Assembly (NCBI GenBank): GCA_964057225.1
Contig: OZ059896.1
Coordinates: forward strand, 17,670,001-17,734,000
Direction: 5' to 3'
Length of the DNA: 64,000 nt
From: Auanema rhodensis
Lineage: Eukaryota; Animalia; Nematoda
The notes beneath the pieces were generated by a model. That model searched no databases and was not told the DNA's origin. It saw only the letters and a program-made list of their open reading frames with translations. Position 1 is the first letter of the stretch, and each line of letters begins with the position of its first letter. Positions 24,987-43,359 of this stretch are shown piece by piece. Made by a program: the position numbers and the translations under genes.

Positions 24987-27900
24987 CTATTTTAATATTA
25001 TTAGATTGATTAAATAGATAATAATACTGATAATGATGATAATGCTGATGATGATGATGCCAATCCGAACATTCCATTTCTCATTCTCTCCGCCCTTCCT
25101 CTTCTTCTTCTTTTACATGTCTTTAGTCTCTCTATCAGTTATCGTTCATTCTTTAAAGTATTTCTCATCTGATCACTACTCTCACTTCATCTGTTCCATC
25201 TTCACCGATACCGTTACCCCAGTCACCCTCTCTCTCCACTTTCCATACTACCACCCCTCCCCCCCCCTTAGCGCACAAAGGACATCAAATTCCATGCATT
25301 CTTAGCAAGTGTGAGAAATTTCGAAAAATTAGAAGAAAATATAGGAAAATTCAATCTGCTTTTTATCAATTTCGTTTTTTTTAATCAAAAATCATGAATA
25401 AATCAATAAATTCAAAAAAAAAACAATCAAGAAAAAAGATGTGAAAGTTATACTAATCACCATCCTTTTCACACAACACAACTATTTGTTCCCTTCTTTT
25501 GTTTTCTTTTTCTTCCTATTAACTATATTAAATATTAAAAAATATTATAATTATATTTTTAAATAAATTAAAAAGCTTACTTATCCTTTGTGGATTGATA
25601 ATAATTGAAAACTAGCATAGCAAAAGAAGATTATTGATGATGGAAATTCAACCTAATCACACACGAATATTAATAGAAAAAGAAGAAGTAAAATCTTCTT
25701 TTCAGTAAGGTTGAAATACAAATGAGTGAAATTGCCGTCAATTTTTTGATTAAAAACAATCAAAATCAGTCAGAAGTCTTGCTTTTCTGAACATGGAGGG
25801 CGGAGTCAAAAACGACTAGCGGTATAGTGTTTGACTGATGATGGGAGGGTGGTGATTGGAGGAGAAGAGGTGGTGGGATTGGATGGACAAGGTGGGGGGT
25901 GGCTAGTAGCAGCGTGTGTAGGTATGTGAGGAGGAACTTGATGTGGAAGTTTCGCACATTCCCCAAATTCCGAAAGATCATAGACTGATTCTTCTTCATA
26001 TTGTGTATTTGAGCATTAGGTTTAAAATTATCAAAAATAAGTTAGAAATTTCAAGCATTTGGGGTACAAGAGTTAAGAAATGAATTTGAAGAAAGAGAGA
26101 GAAAGGAAGAGAGAGAGAAAGAGAGGGAGAGAGAGAGATACAGAGAGGGAGAGAGAGAGACAAAGAGAGAGAGAATGAATAGGTACAGAATGAGGAAGTA
26201 GCAATAGAGGGTGTTAGAGAAGAAAATGAAAGTGAACGATAATAGAAATTAGAGAAATTAAAATCAAATATGATTGGAAGAGAAGTAAAGAAAGAAAGTC
26301 AAAATTTCGATGAATGACACCTAAGATAATCGAAGTTCATGTGGGGCCCAGAGTACGAAAGTGTCCTTCTGAGATACGAACACATATTCACAACTATCCC
26401 TCATTCTTCATCTCATGTTCCTTTTTTTTTCTCTCACTCTTTCTCTTTCTCTCTCTCCCTCTCTTTCTTTCTCTTTCTCTGTCTGTCTCTTTTTCATTTT
26501 CTTTATATTTAACTATTTCTTATTTTTACTGCTCTAATTCTCTAATTCTCTATATTGTAATATATACTATTTTCATTTTCTAATAATTTTTCTCTCATAA
26601 TCTTCTGGTTAAAAATCTAAAAACAGTTGTTGCATGTCTACAATCAAAACAATATCATTTCTACTATGATATATAATAATATTAGTTAAAGATCAAAAAG
26701 ATTTTTGATCTTTAATTAACTATATATCTCATATACCCATAGTATTATAGATTTTAGAGTTAACGAAAGTAAAAACACTTTTCATTTACTTAACATCATG
26801 TAATTTTTGTCATTTTTCAATAAAAAAAAGATATCATTTGTAATTCTTCAAAGAATTTTTTTGACAAAAAAACACAAAGTTCATACAACAGCTGGAAGAA
26901 GGTGTAACTAATTTTTTTGGAAAAAAAACATGGTCAAGTTTAAAAAAAAAAAGAAAAAAAGCCTGATAATTTGTAAAAGATAAAAAAAAGAAAATTACAC
27001 TTGTAAATCCATGAAGGTTATAATTTTAAATTAAATTTTATTAATCTTCAAAGTCTGGAACAACAGGAAACTGTTCAAACATGATCTGTTCGACAATCAT
27101 ATATCCTAATTGAACTAAGTAAAAGCCACTGTATGTAGATAAAGTAGCAATAAATAGAATTGTATTCCACATATTTGATTAAAAATTATTATGTTAATTA
27201 TAATAAAAACAAATAAATAATAAACAAAAAATTATAAATTATAATAATTAGTTATTATTTTACAATACTTGTATAGATATATCCTCAAGTTGCTGGATAT
27301 TGTTATTGCTCAAGCTGAACTGTTTGAAACTCAGCGAATAAGAGAGTGAAAGGGAATTAAGTTTTAGGTTATTGCATCAATCGTTTTAAATCTTGACTGT
27401 GAAGCTGTTGATCGTAGATGAACTAGTTGAAGCTTGTAGGTGTGCTCGATATTCTTAGCACGAAGTTGAAGCTTAGGTCCACGAACTCTCTCTCTGTGCC
27501 TTATGGGTCGTTTGATGTCGGTTGGTTGTCTTCTTCTTCTTTTTCGATGTTTTCAAGCTTTTCCACTAACTATACTATAGAGAGGTAGTTATTGAAAGAT
27601 TAAAAAAAAAGAAATATATACGATAAAAAATTGAATTGAAGGTGTCTGTCTGTGTTGACCATGATTTTTGGAAGAAAAAGGCAATTCATTTGACGTCTTG
27701 ACTATAGGGTATATTGAATATGATTGACTCAATTCTAATCATTGGGTTTCAGAATGAATGAAACATATTGCTTAGTGATTATACTTCAGTTGGACAACTT
27801 CCTCATATTTTGGAACAAAATCTGATGTTGTATTGAAGAGCAAAAAGAGATATGAAAAGAGGGATATTGAGAATATGTCAAAACAATGAATGACATAAAA

Positions 27901-28362
27901 GCTAAAATAAACAAAATCAGATAATATAACAGGTAAAATAGAGCAAATCAAAATGATAAAAAAAGAAAATTAAATGAACTTAATGACGTCAAAATGAAAA
28001 TAAACGATGAAACGTTGATGAATGATGAAAAGGTCAAAAAATGTTGAATGAATAAGAGGAAAAATTGAATGAAATTGAATTGAAATTTTAAAAAAATATA
28101 TTTCGATTGGTAGTTTCTGTGCAAGACTCTTTAATCGATTCTCAACGGTTTTAACCACAAAACTTAAGATGAAAAAGAAGAAGAAGACATAAACGACATA
28201 GCAGAGAGACACATGCATATGTTTGGTGGATGAACGCATGTCCTATGTCTTGGGACTAGACCCACAACCGGTTAATTTCGTTCTGACCCCGTTTAATCGA
28301 AAATGCCGATTTTAACCATTTGTCTAGTATGAGGTAACCTTTTTTTTAATTTCTCACCTCTT

Positions 28363-28396
<34 letters not shown>

Positions 28397-28729
28397 TCTC
28401 TTTCTCTCTTTCTCTCTGTGTCTTTCTTTCTCATTTTCGTTCTTTACTCTTTTATTATTTATATTTCCCCCCCTCTCTCTCTCTCTCCCTCTCTCTCTCT
28501 TCCAACTGCTTTCATTCTATATCCTCTCTCTCTTTATATTTCTCTTAATATCCAACGTTCTCTATCTTTCTTTATATTCAAATTATTTTAATAGTCTTTG
28601 AGAAGTAATAATTGAATATTTAACTCACGTATCTGTACTACTGAAGCTACTATCCCATGATGCTTCACTTTCTGTCAATGATTGATGAGAAGAAGCCCAA
28701 AGATACTGAGCTAAATGCCTACGATCCAT
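22800..28729 (-). CDS. VGLL4: VGLL4/Tgi-like transcriptional cofactor with two Tondu (TDU) motifs
   Basis: Core exons 24293 to 22800 splice in frame: MTDSPRVMSS.../DLNQHINSS.../IVEPEIDIDVVG.../...EPDVHEHFRRSLSGKW.../...NIDIEDHFRKALGLQEY...DM*. Two V/I-x-E/D-HFR(R/K)(S/A)L motifs are the VGLL4 signature. In-frame phase-2 first exons at 28729-28629 and 25618-25581; an internal ATG at 24277 is also possible. Confidence 0.75.
23791..23848. repeat. (AT)n microsatellite
   Basis: Direct reading. Confidence 0.95.
24376..24436. repeat. Dispersed 61-bp repeat, copy 1, abutting a (TC)-rich tract
   Basis: 54/61 identical to 36379-36439; first 24 nt identical. Confidence 0.85.
24933..24982. repeat. (AT)n microsatellite
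   Basis: Direct reading. Confidence 0.95.
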
Positions 28730-29823
28730 CCGTGAATAACCCGTTCAAATTTATTTTTTTTGTTCAAACTGAAGAAAATATTTTAAATATTTGAGTTGTT
28801 AACAAATTATTTTGAAATAAGATGAATATTTGAATACAAATTATTAAAAAAGAAATCCAAAAGCTCAAATGTTATGATAGGTTTTTTAGGATAAAAATGA
28901 CAAAATGATTGGAATGAAGCCAGGAATGATCTTTTTTTGTCTAATTGTCCAATAAGAATGATGATAAGTATCGCCAAACCTTGTCATCTGATAACAAGTC
29001 GTTTGAATATACTGATTGGCTGATTCAATGATTTTCCTGAATAATATGCAATTGTGAAATTTAATTTTTAGAAAAATTCTTTATTTATCTAATTTATACA
29101 TATATATATACATATATATAGATAGTATATAATTATATAATTATATATTGTTTATATTTAGATTTATAATATTTTAAATAATTTATTATCATATAATATA
29201 TAATCTGTAAAAATATGTGATAAACATACAGATTACTAAGACAATTTTCAATATTTTTGATAAAATAATTAAATGCAATCATTTAATTAATTTAATCGTT
29301 TGAAATGTTCAGAAATCAAAAGAATCTTGAATTTCATGAAAGAAAGAAAGGGAAAAATTGTAATTTTCTTATACTTTTTACGTAAAAACAAAAAATATAT
29401 TTTTAGATTATTATAATTTATATAAAATAACTATAAAATAAATAAATTTGTATTGAAATTTGGTGCTTCTAAGTGTTGGCACAACATCCTAATACTGATG
29501 ATGCAACACGTTCAGGATTGTAGCGACAACAACTCATCTTTTCCTATTTTTTGTAGTTCAAAGTTGATTCTTCAATTATTCTAATTAACATATGCTGAAA
29601 GACTTGTAAAGCTTGTAAAGCATTTCATTTTTTAAGTTTTTTTTCTTCTTTGATTTTACCATATTAGTACTATCTGTTTATTTCAATTTCCATTTCATTT
29701 CAATCATATCAGAGACGGTAGAACGTTTCAATGTGAACCAACCACGTATGTATGTATGTGCACATACACACAAACACACACACACACATATACAGAGACG
29801 TACATGCTATTACCTCTTTCTCT

Positions 29824-29864
<41 letters not shown>

Positions 29865-30912
29865 ACCTTTCCCTCTCTTTCTCTCTTTCTTTTTTTCTTT
29901 TCTTTGATACTATCGAACTTTGTCCGAATAAAATCAGATGACTTCAGAAAACAATTATATTCATTTGATCAATGATAATTATTCAATTTTAATGCTTTTA
30001 TGATATCTTGTTTGTCTTTAACTATCAATTGCACATTATTACTTTTTTTCTTTTAATTTTCAGATTATCATTATGAGATTATACATTCTAATAATTTCTA
30101 AAACATATTAGATTAATATCTGAGAATATAAATATTATTTTAAGTAATAATCATTTTAAAATAATATTTTTTAATATTTTGTTTTATAAATTATTATTCT
30201 TTACAGTAAACCTATTAAGAAAAAAATTGTTTTATTTAATTATATGTATATATTTAAACAGAGAAAATAATAAATTGAATATAATATTTGTGTATTTTCA
30301 TTTTGTTTGAAAAAAAAAAGAAACATTCGACCCGCGCAAGTTTGGAATAGCCAAAAATGGCAACACCGGCAATGAAAAATAAAAGAACAAAACGAAGTGA
30401 GAAAGACATATAGAGATACTAATAATATACAATAAAGATTCTTTTTTTTAATTAAAAAGATTCAAAAAGATTCAAAAAAAAAAAAGAAATATTGATTATA
30501 TATTTCTCTTATAAAGATTTTTTTTAAAAAATAATTATGTACATAGTACGTATTTCATTGTTGGTAATGATGTTAATTAGTTATTCTCCTAAGAAATACA
30601 ATACCAGTTATTTAACTATGTGACCATTTCATAATACTAAAGCTTACATACGATGGAATTATAATTATTTGCTTATTACTTTTCAAATTAATCTGTTTTT
30701 TGAAAGCAATCTGAGATACTGTAAATCATAAACTGAAATGTTTGAAGTTAATTTGATTGGAATTTTTAAATCCGAGGTTCTAGTTAATAGAATCATTAAA
30801 ATGGTCAATAATAGTTTTTGATATAGGTAAAGGATATACAGTAGAATGAATATATTAATTAAAGCTTTTCCTCTATGATTAATAAAAAAAGATATGCTGG
30901 ATCATATAAAAC

Positions 30913-33611
30913 TTAACCAACGCTACTCAAAGATTGCTTAACAGCTCCACGAACTAAATTTCCAGCATATTTCTCATCCAATTTGAAATATGTTTGAACT
31001 TTGAGATAACGATCATGGAATGATAATCTAAAATAATTCAATTTTAAAACAAATATTATAACTTCAACATACTTTGGACTTTTTAGGACAACGCCTTGCA
31101 TTGATGGCATTTTGATTCCTAATTGTAATATTTCTGTTAATAACTTTTCCAAGAATTCCGCTCCAAACAATCCTAAATCTCCGAAAGAAGCTTGATCAAC
31201 ATCTTCCAACTAAATTAACAGATTGTTCATATAATTCAATAATCAATGTTTTACCTTAGATTCGAGAAGCTTGAAATCCAAATTTTCAATGGTAGCATTA
31301 CCAACAATGCGTGTATCTGTAAGCCACATATATACATTAGCTGTCATTGTAGCATCTGATCGAATAATCTGAAATATGAAAGTTTCAAATAAAAGTTTTA
31401 ACTGAAATGAATTCTTACTAATTCTTTAATTTGTTTATTATTTCTTGGTCGAACAAATAGATTCATACGCCCATGTAATCGGAATCGAGCACGATTTTCA
31501 ACAAATACAATGAGAGGAGCCTGAAAAAATTATTTTTAGGGATGTCTATTAAAAATATACAAAACAAATATATATTTTTAAAAAAATAAAAACCTTTCTT
31601 GCTGTAAATACAACTTCAACTTCACGATCTGGATATTTTTCATTCAAATCTCCTAAAAATTCTCCAATGCAGAAGCCTCCATTGCATGTAGTAGTTAATA
31701 AATCCTTAATTATTTATTATATTTAGTTAATATAATTAATTTTACTTTTAATTGAGGACTACTTTCCGGTCCTACAACAACATCCATCAAATGTTGCTTA
31801 TAAGCATGATACAACATAGAATTGGCCAAATAATCAGAAGCAAAGAATTCGATCATATGAACACCTGAAAGCAATTAGTTGAATAAGTATCATTATTCTG
31901 ATATATGATTCAGCTAACCATGTGGTGCTGGAACTTTGATATTTGGTGGATTGAATGGTGTACCTCCTAGTCCTCGCCTAGAATGAAACACAGAATTTAT
32001 CATTTGTTTATCATATAATCACCAGGAAATCTCTCCTTTAGCCATCATAGCAATTGCTCCACTTTGAATGAATGGATCAGATGTTAATTGATAATCCAAT
32101 ACAAGATCTCTTTCTCTTAAGTTGTTAACGAAATGAATAAGTGTGAAGTTCTTTAAGCCTTTCTGTCCAAGCTTACTCTTTGGCTAAAAATACAGAAAAA
32201 TGATTTCAGTTTTTTAACAGTTTTTTTAATCTTTTTTTTCTTTAGCTTTTCAGTTCTTCGTATCTAATACACGTGAAAAATACATGTGACTAGAAATTCT
32301 AAACTCAAGTTTGACGTTTTCGACAATTGACGTCATACTCATTATCAACTGATGTGTATACTCATAAAACGGTTGTTCTTCATATTATAAAGTTAAAACA
32401 AAAGTTTTAATTAAATATTTGAAATTCAAACCTTTTCAAATCCGAAAGCACTACCAATAACATCAACATTATCCTCATTTATACGAATCTAAAACAATAG
32501 TTTTTTAGTTTCTCTTCTTCCCCAATATCTCCCTCTCTTTCTCTCTCTACTCTAATTCCTTTGTGAATTCTTACCTTTAATGGCATTGTACTCAGTAGAT
32601 TATTCATATCTTTATCAATTATATTCTCAATCATACGGCACATACGTTGTTCAACTTGTGGTTTGAAGTGAGCAATCAAGAATGCTGAAATACGCGGAAT
32701 ATCAGCAAATTTTTGAAAAAAAAATTTCGTGAATGGAAAGAAAATAAAACGATAAATTGCTGACCTTTAAAAGCATTGATAAAGAAATCAGTGATAACTC
32801 CTGTGTTTCGAACATTCAAATCGACATAGCCGATAGATGATTGACATGATGCTGATCGAACTTGTGGATTTCCATATGCATTTCTAACAATAATATAAAT
32901 ATCATAGAATAATATGGTATAAGCAACCTTTCTAATCGAACAGATATAGTTAAAGCCAAATGCCCAAGTAATGCTTCAAAATGGCCAGTGATGGGTACAG
33001 TTGGTAATAACAGAGCTGAGTTTAAAGAAGCTTGAAATTCTCCCGCAGCTCTAATATGCATTTTGGACATGCTCCAAGTGAAGACATTAGGTTCTACCAA
33101 ATCTAATGAGTATTCTTGTGGTGCCCAGTATTTAGAGATATAAGCATTAACAATGGAAACCTGAAGATTCAAAAATTCAGAAGTATATAGAAGCGCTTTG
33201 ACTGTCTACGAAGTCTATTAAGACGACGTTAAATGTCAAGTTTCAAGTTTACATAAGTTTCAACATACCTCTCCATTATCTATTCGTTCTCGTATAGTTG
33301 GAAGAGCTATTTTTAAAACTTGTTCATTTACAACTTTTAATCCAATTTCTCTCATATAGGCTAATCCAGTAGGCATTAAGCGTAGATATAACCCCGGATT
33401 TGAAGGCGATGTGTTTTGCTGAAAACATAAGATTTACAAAACAAATTTTTTCTTTCAAATGTAATAAATGGTTTTAAAAGAAACATTTTGATGAATAAAA
33501 CGTCTAATTTCATTAAAAATAACTTACATCTAATAAAGGTGAATAATCCTGTTGATAGGATTGTGTATAACATACTTGAATTAAGTATATGAAAGTGAGA
33601 ATAATACGCAT
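30913..33611 (-). CDS. BPI/LBP/CETP-family secreted lipid-binding protein (two BPI domains), ~14 exons
   Basis: Signal-peptide-like MRIILTFIYLIQVCYTQ; NPGLYLRLMPTGLAYMREIG; Cys pair in ...SASCQSSIG... and ...EQRMCRMIE...; GEISW/RGLGGTPFNPP; MIEFFASDYLANSMLYHAY; TTCNGGFCIGEFLGDLNEKYPD; C-terminal GIKMPSMQGVVLKSPK/LSFHDRYLKVQTYF. Acceptor TTTAG directly abuts the ATG. Confidence 0.9.
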
Positions 33612-35262
33612 CTAAATTTTATAATAATATTTGAATTATATAAATTATAAGAATATTAACGAAAATAAAATATAAAAAATGAAATAGTTTCAAATAGAAA
33701 ATTGATGTTGAGATGTGAATAAGAGGAATGAGAATCGTGAATTGCAATTGTGAACTGCCTTCACTACATAAAAGGCTGTTGTAGCAATATGATGGTTGAT
33801 TGAACCTCAAGCTTATATGCCATACAGGCATATCCAATACACGTTTCTCACACTGTCTTTCAGTGTAATCGATCAAAGATTTCATAATATTCTCATTCAA
33901 GGTCATGAAAAAGCCAATTTATAACAGATGAAGAAGTATCTGAACTGAATAAACCTCAAAAATCACAAGAAAAATGAAAAGAAAACATGTTACTAGATAG
34001 ATAGTTATAAGAATAAAGCTGGATTCAATGAGAGAAATAATAATAGAAAAAACAATATAAACACACAAAAACAATGAAGTAAACAGCTTTTGGTAAGATG
34101 GCAAACTGACACAGGATGGACAGTGGCTAGACGGCTGAATTACATCGTGCAACGAGGTCTAACAGCCGAGGATGAAACTTTAAAATCTATTTCTTCTTAG
34201 TTAGGCTAAACGGGTTCCACCGGACCGGCTGGGGCTTTTTCAAGACAATCTATTCGATTGAGACAGTCGGTGATTACATGGATCATACAAGACGATTAGC
34301 TTTTGGGAGAGAAAATTTTGAAAGAAAAAAGAGAAAATAGATGGATGAGAAAATGCTACTTATTCATCTTCCTTTGTCGAAAAAATGCTGAAGTCTTTCT
34401 GCTACTAAATACCGGAAAATACAAAATTTATGGAAGGTATATGAGTAGTTTTATGGATGAACAAGAAAAAAAACGAAGACATGATGTATAGCTGAGAGTA
34501 TGGAAGCAGCTGTAAATACAGTTAACATAGTATGTATGCAGGAATTGTCTTTGATATGACTTTTGGAGAAATAACAGAGAACAAATGATTTGAATTCAAT
34601 GGAAAGAGATGATAAACTATGAGAACTTGTTGTTCTTGCACTCTATACATGGATAGATATAACAGAAGCATTGGAAGAAAAGAATTAGATGATGATCATC
34701 ATATAACGGTGACGATGTTAACGACCACTGCAAATGACGGTAACGAAGATGACTAGTGGACGATATTGAAGATGAGAACGGTGATGAAAACGATGCATAG
34801 TAAGCGACGAACGGAGAACGTCTGAAGACAATACATATCATGAGACGACTAATATGAAGAAGCATGGCCGACGATACAGATGCAGGATGCAGTAATCATT
34901 GAGTAAATACTGTCGTTCAAAGCATTAACTTTCAGATCCAGCACATCATATAACCATTCTCATATACCTATAGGTAGAAGTAATTGGACATCAGTACGTC
35001 TAACAACCTATCAGGGTATGTTGATATGAAGAATGTAGATGAAAAGCCAACCAGAATACCAAACAAGATATCTAAAACATACACAACATTGGAAGCGCGC
35101 TAGATCCATCCTTTTGTTTTTCTCGTTTTTATTTTCGACTTAGGTATTAGGGAGAAAGGTTAAATTATACTTCAAGATAGTAATGAAAACTAGCGTAAAA
35201 GACAGGATTGAATAGGTGGGATGGGAAATACAAGAATAAAGAGAATGAGAAAGGAGGATGAA

Positions 35263-35327
35263 AGAGAGAGGGAGAGGGAAGTAGGGAGGGAGAGGGAGAG
35301 AGAGACAGAGCTAGGGAGGGAGAGAGA

Positions 35328-35388
<61 letters not shown>
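35263..35388. repeat. (GA)n / GGGA-interrupted microsatellite
   Basis: Direct reading. Confidence 0.95.
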
Positions 35389-35390
<2 letters not shown>

Positions 35391-36378
35391 GAAAGCGGGG
35401 GTGGTTCAAGATATACACTTGAAAGGTCTGGATGAGATGAAATGAAAGACTGGAAAGGAAAAAGCATGAAGTAAGGTTCAACATAGGTAGACAGGACATT
35501 GAAACGTTTTAATACAAGAAATGAAAGTCAACTGACTCATAGAAAACTAAGAAATCGAATAGAAAGGAGAGGTTGAAGACAAAAAAAGGTTAAATGAAGG
35601 AATAATAGTTAGATGAGTAGTGTTAGGACTAGAAAACTTCACATAATTCTCATCATATATCAATCTTTAAATATAAGAAAGATACATGAAAAGAATAAGT
35701 GAAAATGTTAAAAAGAAAATGAGAAATATGAAGAGAGTATCGGGGTCATTTCACGAATCCAGATAGCCAAGAAGAAGATGATGGTGATGATTAAGAGGAG
35801 ATAATCCAGTTGAAAAACGTGAATTTCAGGCAGCCAACCAATATAAGTGAGAAGTGAGAGAGAGAGGGATATATATAGAGAGAGAATAGGAAAGAGGGAG
35901 AGAGAGGGAGAGAGTTTGAGAGAGAGTTTGAGAGAGAGAGATGCATTCTCTCAAACGATATACTATGTAGCTTTAACACATTAACATCTGCATCACAAAC
36001 GAAACATTTTGATTTCCAACCGTTGAATGATATTTCATGAATTATCAAGTTCTAGTCATTCTGCATAAATGTTTTAAAATTATTTTTAGAATGAAAGTTC
36101 CGGATTCTCTTTAAGTTCATTCAAAACAATAGATTTAAAAAAAATTTATTTTCCAAATGAAATGTGGATGAATGGAAAAGGCTTTGATTAAGGATATGCT
36201 TGATAGATATACAGATTGTACATCATGTAATGTATAATGTACGTACCATTCGTTATAGTTAGTATAGTTTAACAGTTAAGATTAAGAACATTTCTCATGT
36301 TGTATCTATTAACTACTAGATACAATTAGATCAAATGTTTTATCCGGTTTGTCGAGAAAAAGAAAAACTTCATTTCAA

Positions 36379-36430
36379 TTAAAAAGTTACCGATGAACGG
36401 TTGTAGTTGTTGTATTCGTATTTGCCTTGC

Positions 36431-36439
<9 letters not shown>
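36379..36439. repeat. Dispersed 61-bp repeat, copy 2, abutting a (TC)n tract
   Basis: 54/61 identical to 24376-24436, same orientation. Confidence 0.85.
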
Positions 36440-36499
<60 letters not shown>

Positions 36500-36500
36500 T
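36434..36500. repeat. (CT)n microsatellite
   Basis: Direct reading. Confidence 0.95.
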
Positions 36501-37207
36501 TGTATTTGTTTATTATATTAAATATTTTCATGAATACATAATATATAAAAATATATTTATTACAAGAACAATATAAATGAATAAACATTTTCTTATATTT
36601 TAAATATAAAAATAATTATTTAACTATAAATATTTCTTCTTCTTTTTTTTGTTGTAAAAATAATTTTAAACATTATGAAAAAATACTTTTAACACCGGCG
36701 ACACAGTCGCTACTGAAAAAAAAAAGAAATTAACAGTCAGTAAACCCGAAAATAAAAAAAATATATTCAAATTTTAAAAAAGAAAATATAATTATTCAAT
36801 TTTTTTAAAATTTTGAAAGACGATAAGGACTAGACGTTCGATGAAAGTTTTGGAGAGAGAAAGATATTGGTAACAGAATTATGAATATGAATTTCTGCTT
36901 AATATTGAAAAAACTTTTCAGATATGATAAAGGAAGTTGAGAATTGGTTTTTCCGAAAATCAGCGGTAAACTGCTTTGTTTTGGAAATTATGTGTCAGAA
37001 GTCGTTAAAACGAATTAGAAAAGGTGAAAAGAGGAAGATGAAACACGTCCAGTAAGGAGAGAAAGACGATGAACTCATTGAGAGCGATATGTATATATCC
37101 GTTTATATTTAGAATTACATTAGATTACGACGATGAATATTTCGAAGAAATAAACAACCATTTCTGCCGAACAATCATACGGTATCGAGTTCGTTAAACA
37201 CCATAGT

Positions 37208-43359
<6,152 letters not shown>

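Noticed and set aside
34201-34206. TTAGGC telomeric hexamer (also ~44510)
   Set aside because: Single copies; no array or telomere-addition signature.
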